Shown: positions 62,838 through 64,000 of the stretch, piece by piece
Layout: every line of letters starts with the position of its first letter
Position numbering within the stretch: position 1 is the first letter of the stretch
NCBI GenBank assembly: GCA_965261735.1
Contig: OZ253470.1
Location: forward strand, 3,328,001-3,392,000
DNA from: Alphaproteobacteria bacterium
Lineage (GTDB): Bacteria; Pseudomonadota; Alphaproteobacteria; SHVV01
Direction of reading: 5' to 3'
Length of the DNA stretch: 64,000 bases
Made by a program: the position numbers and the translations under genes
Notes under the pieces: generated by a model
What the model was told of the DNA's origin: nothing
Database searches by the model: none
Seen by the model: the letters and a program-made list of their open reading frames with translations, nothing else

Positions 62838-64000
62838 TGACGTTGAACCCAAAATCCGGACCAGGTGGTTCTTCACCTATGCGGCCTGAGCGATGGTCAT
62901 GTCCCTCCTGGCCTGTGCCGGCGTCCGGTAGCCGATGCTCGAGTGGCGCCGTTGTTGGTTATAGAAGATCTCGATGTACTCGAATAGCGCAGCCCTGGCC
63001 TCGCGCCGGGTAGAAAACCGGGTACGGTGCACGAGTTCGGTCTTGAGAGACCCAAAGAAGCTCTCCATAGGGGCGTTGTCGAGGCAATTCCCCTTGCGGC
63101 TCATGGAGGCCTTGATGCCATGGAGGCGGAGCAGTTTGCGGTAGTCACCGCAGGCATATTGGGCGAGTTCAATCGGTCGTCGCAACACTCTGGCATAGGA
63201 GGTTGCTATGACGGTACGCAGACGGCGGTCGGAATGGTGGATCAGCCCCATGGGCAACCGGCGGCTGCGGATCGCCATCTTCAGCGCCTCCTCGCAGAGG
63301 ACGCTCTTCAGCCGCTCGGACATCGACCAGCCGACGATCTCCATCGTGGCCAGATCCTTGACGGCGGCGAGGTAGAGCCAGCCTTCGTCAGTTGGGATGT
63401 AGGAGATGTCAGCGAGCCAGACCGCATCGGGCGCAACGGCTTCGAAGTTGCGGTCGAGCAGATTGGGCGCGATCGCATGGGAGTGGCGGCTGTCGGTGGT
63501 GATCGGCGCCCGCCGCCTGCCTCGCGGTGGACGAATGCCGTTCTCTCGCATGAGCTTGGCGACCGTGCGCTTCGAGGTGCGAAAGCCGCGGGCTTTCAAC
63601 TCGGCATGGATCCGAGGCGCGCCGTAGCACCTCTTGCTCTGCTCGAAGATCTCCCGGATCTCGGACCCGAGCCTGCCACGCCGGGCAACGCGTTCAGCTC
63701 TCTTTGGGGCCGCACGCCGCCGGGCGTGGAACCAGCTGTGAGCCACCCCCAGGACCCGGCACATGAACCGGATGGCGTGCTCTGAAGCATGGGCGGCGAT
63801 GAAAGCGTGCTTCGTCTTCATGTCTTCGCCGCCCATTGAGCGAAAAAAGCCGAGGCTTTGCGTAGAACCTCAACCTCCTCCGTCAGCCGCTTGTTATCCC
63901 GGCGAAGCTGCACCAGTTCAGCGGCCTCGGCTTTCTGCGCCGCGGTCGCCGCGGCCGAGCCCGCGGCCTCAAGCTCGAGCCGCCAGGTCTTCAACTGCGT
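62838..64000 (-). mobile_element. IS3 family element (runs off window) with an in-frame insert in orfB
   Basis: End TGACGTTGAACCC; YGAPRI, WLADISYI, HHSDR, GNCLDNAPMESFF; A6G frameshift window near 63843. Confidence 0.9.

Overview
A high-GC accessory region, probably alphaproteobacterial (inferred), made of a decaying mobilizable island and many nested IS remnants. 1-16.6 kb: a backbone with ParB-N, DUF2285, CoiA-like, ssb, toprim pseudogene, DUF2493/SLOG and StbA/MobC-like genes, an R388-type oriT hairpin, and a 1843-aa MOBF relaxase-helicase. No T4SS or coupling protein is present. 16.7-49 kb: defence-like cargo (frameshifted RM fusion enzyme plus ApeA-type HEPN, PD-(D/E)XK nucleases, an RHH-MTase-XamI-TIGR02391 operon, an HD-CE/HSP90-type ATPase fusion) and a secreted ankyrin protein. 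These are mixed with IS4, RIT, IS1634, IS66, IS110, IS91, IS3, IS5, IS21, IS1380 and group II intron pieces. 49-52.4 kb: a degenerate tRNA-fMet att remnant, tandem tyrosine integrases and a 124-bp MITE. 54.7-60.4 kb: an intact coxMNOP(Q)-type cytochrome c oxidase operon with a DUF2189 gene. The best novelty candidate is a pair of related IS1595 transporter elements whose different passenger genes share an unrecognised IPHP...WxxFL...IxxAR module, each followed by a conserved small ORF antisense to the transposase. All family assignments come from motif recognition by eye; no database searches were run.
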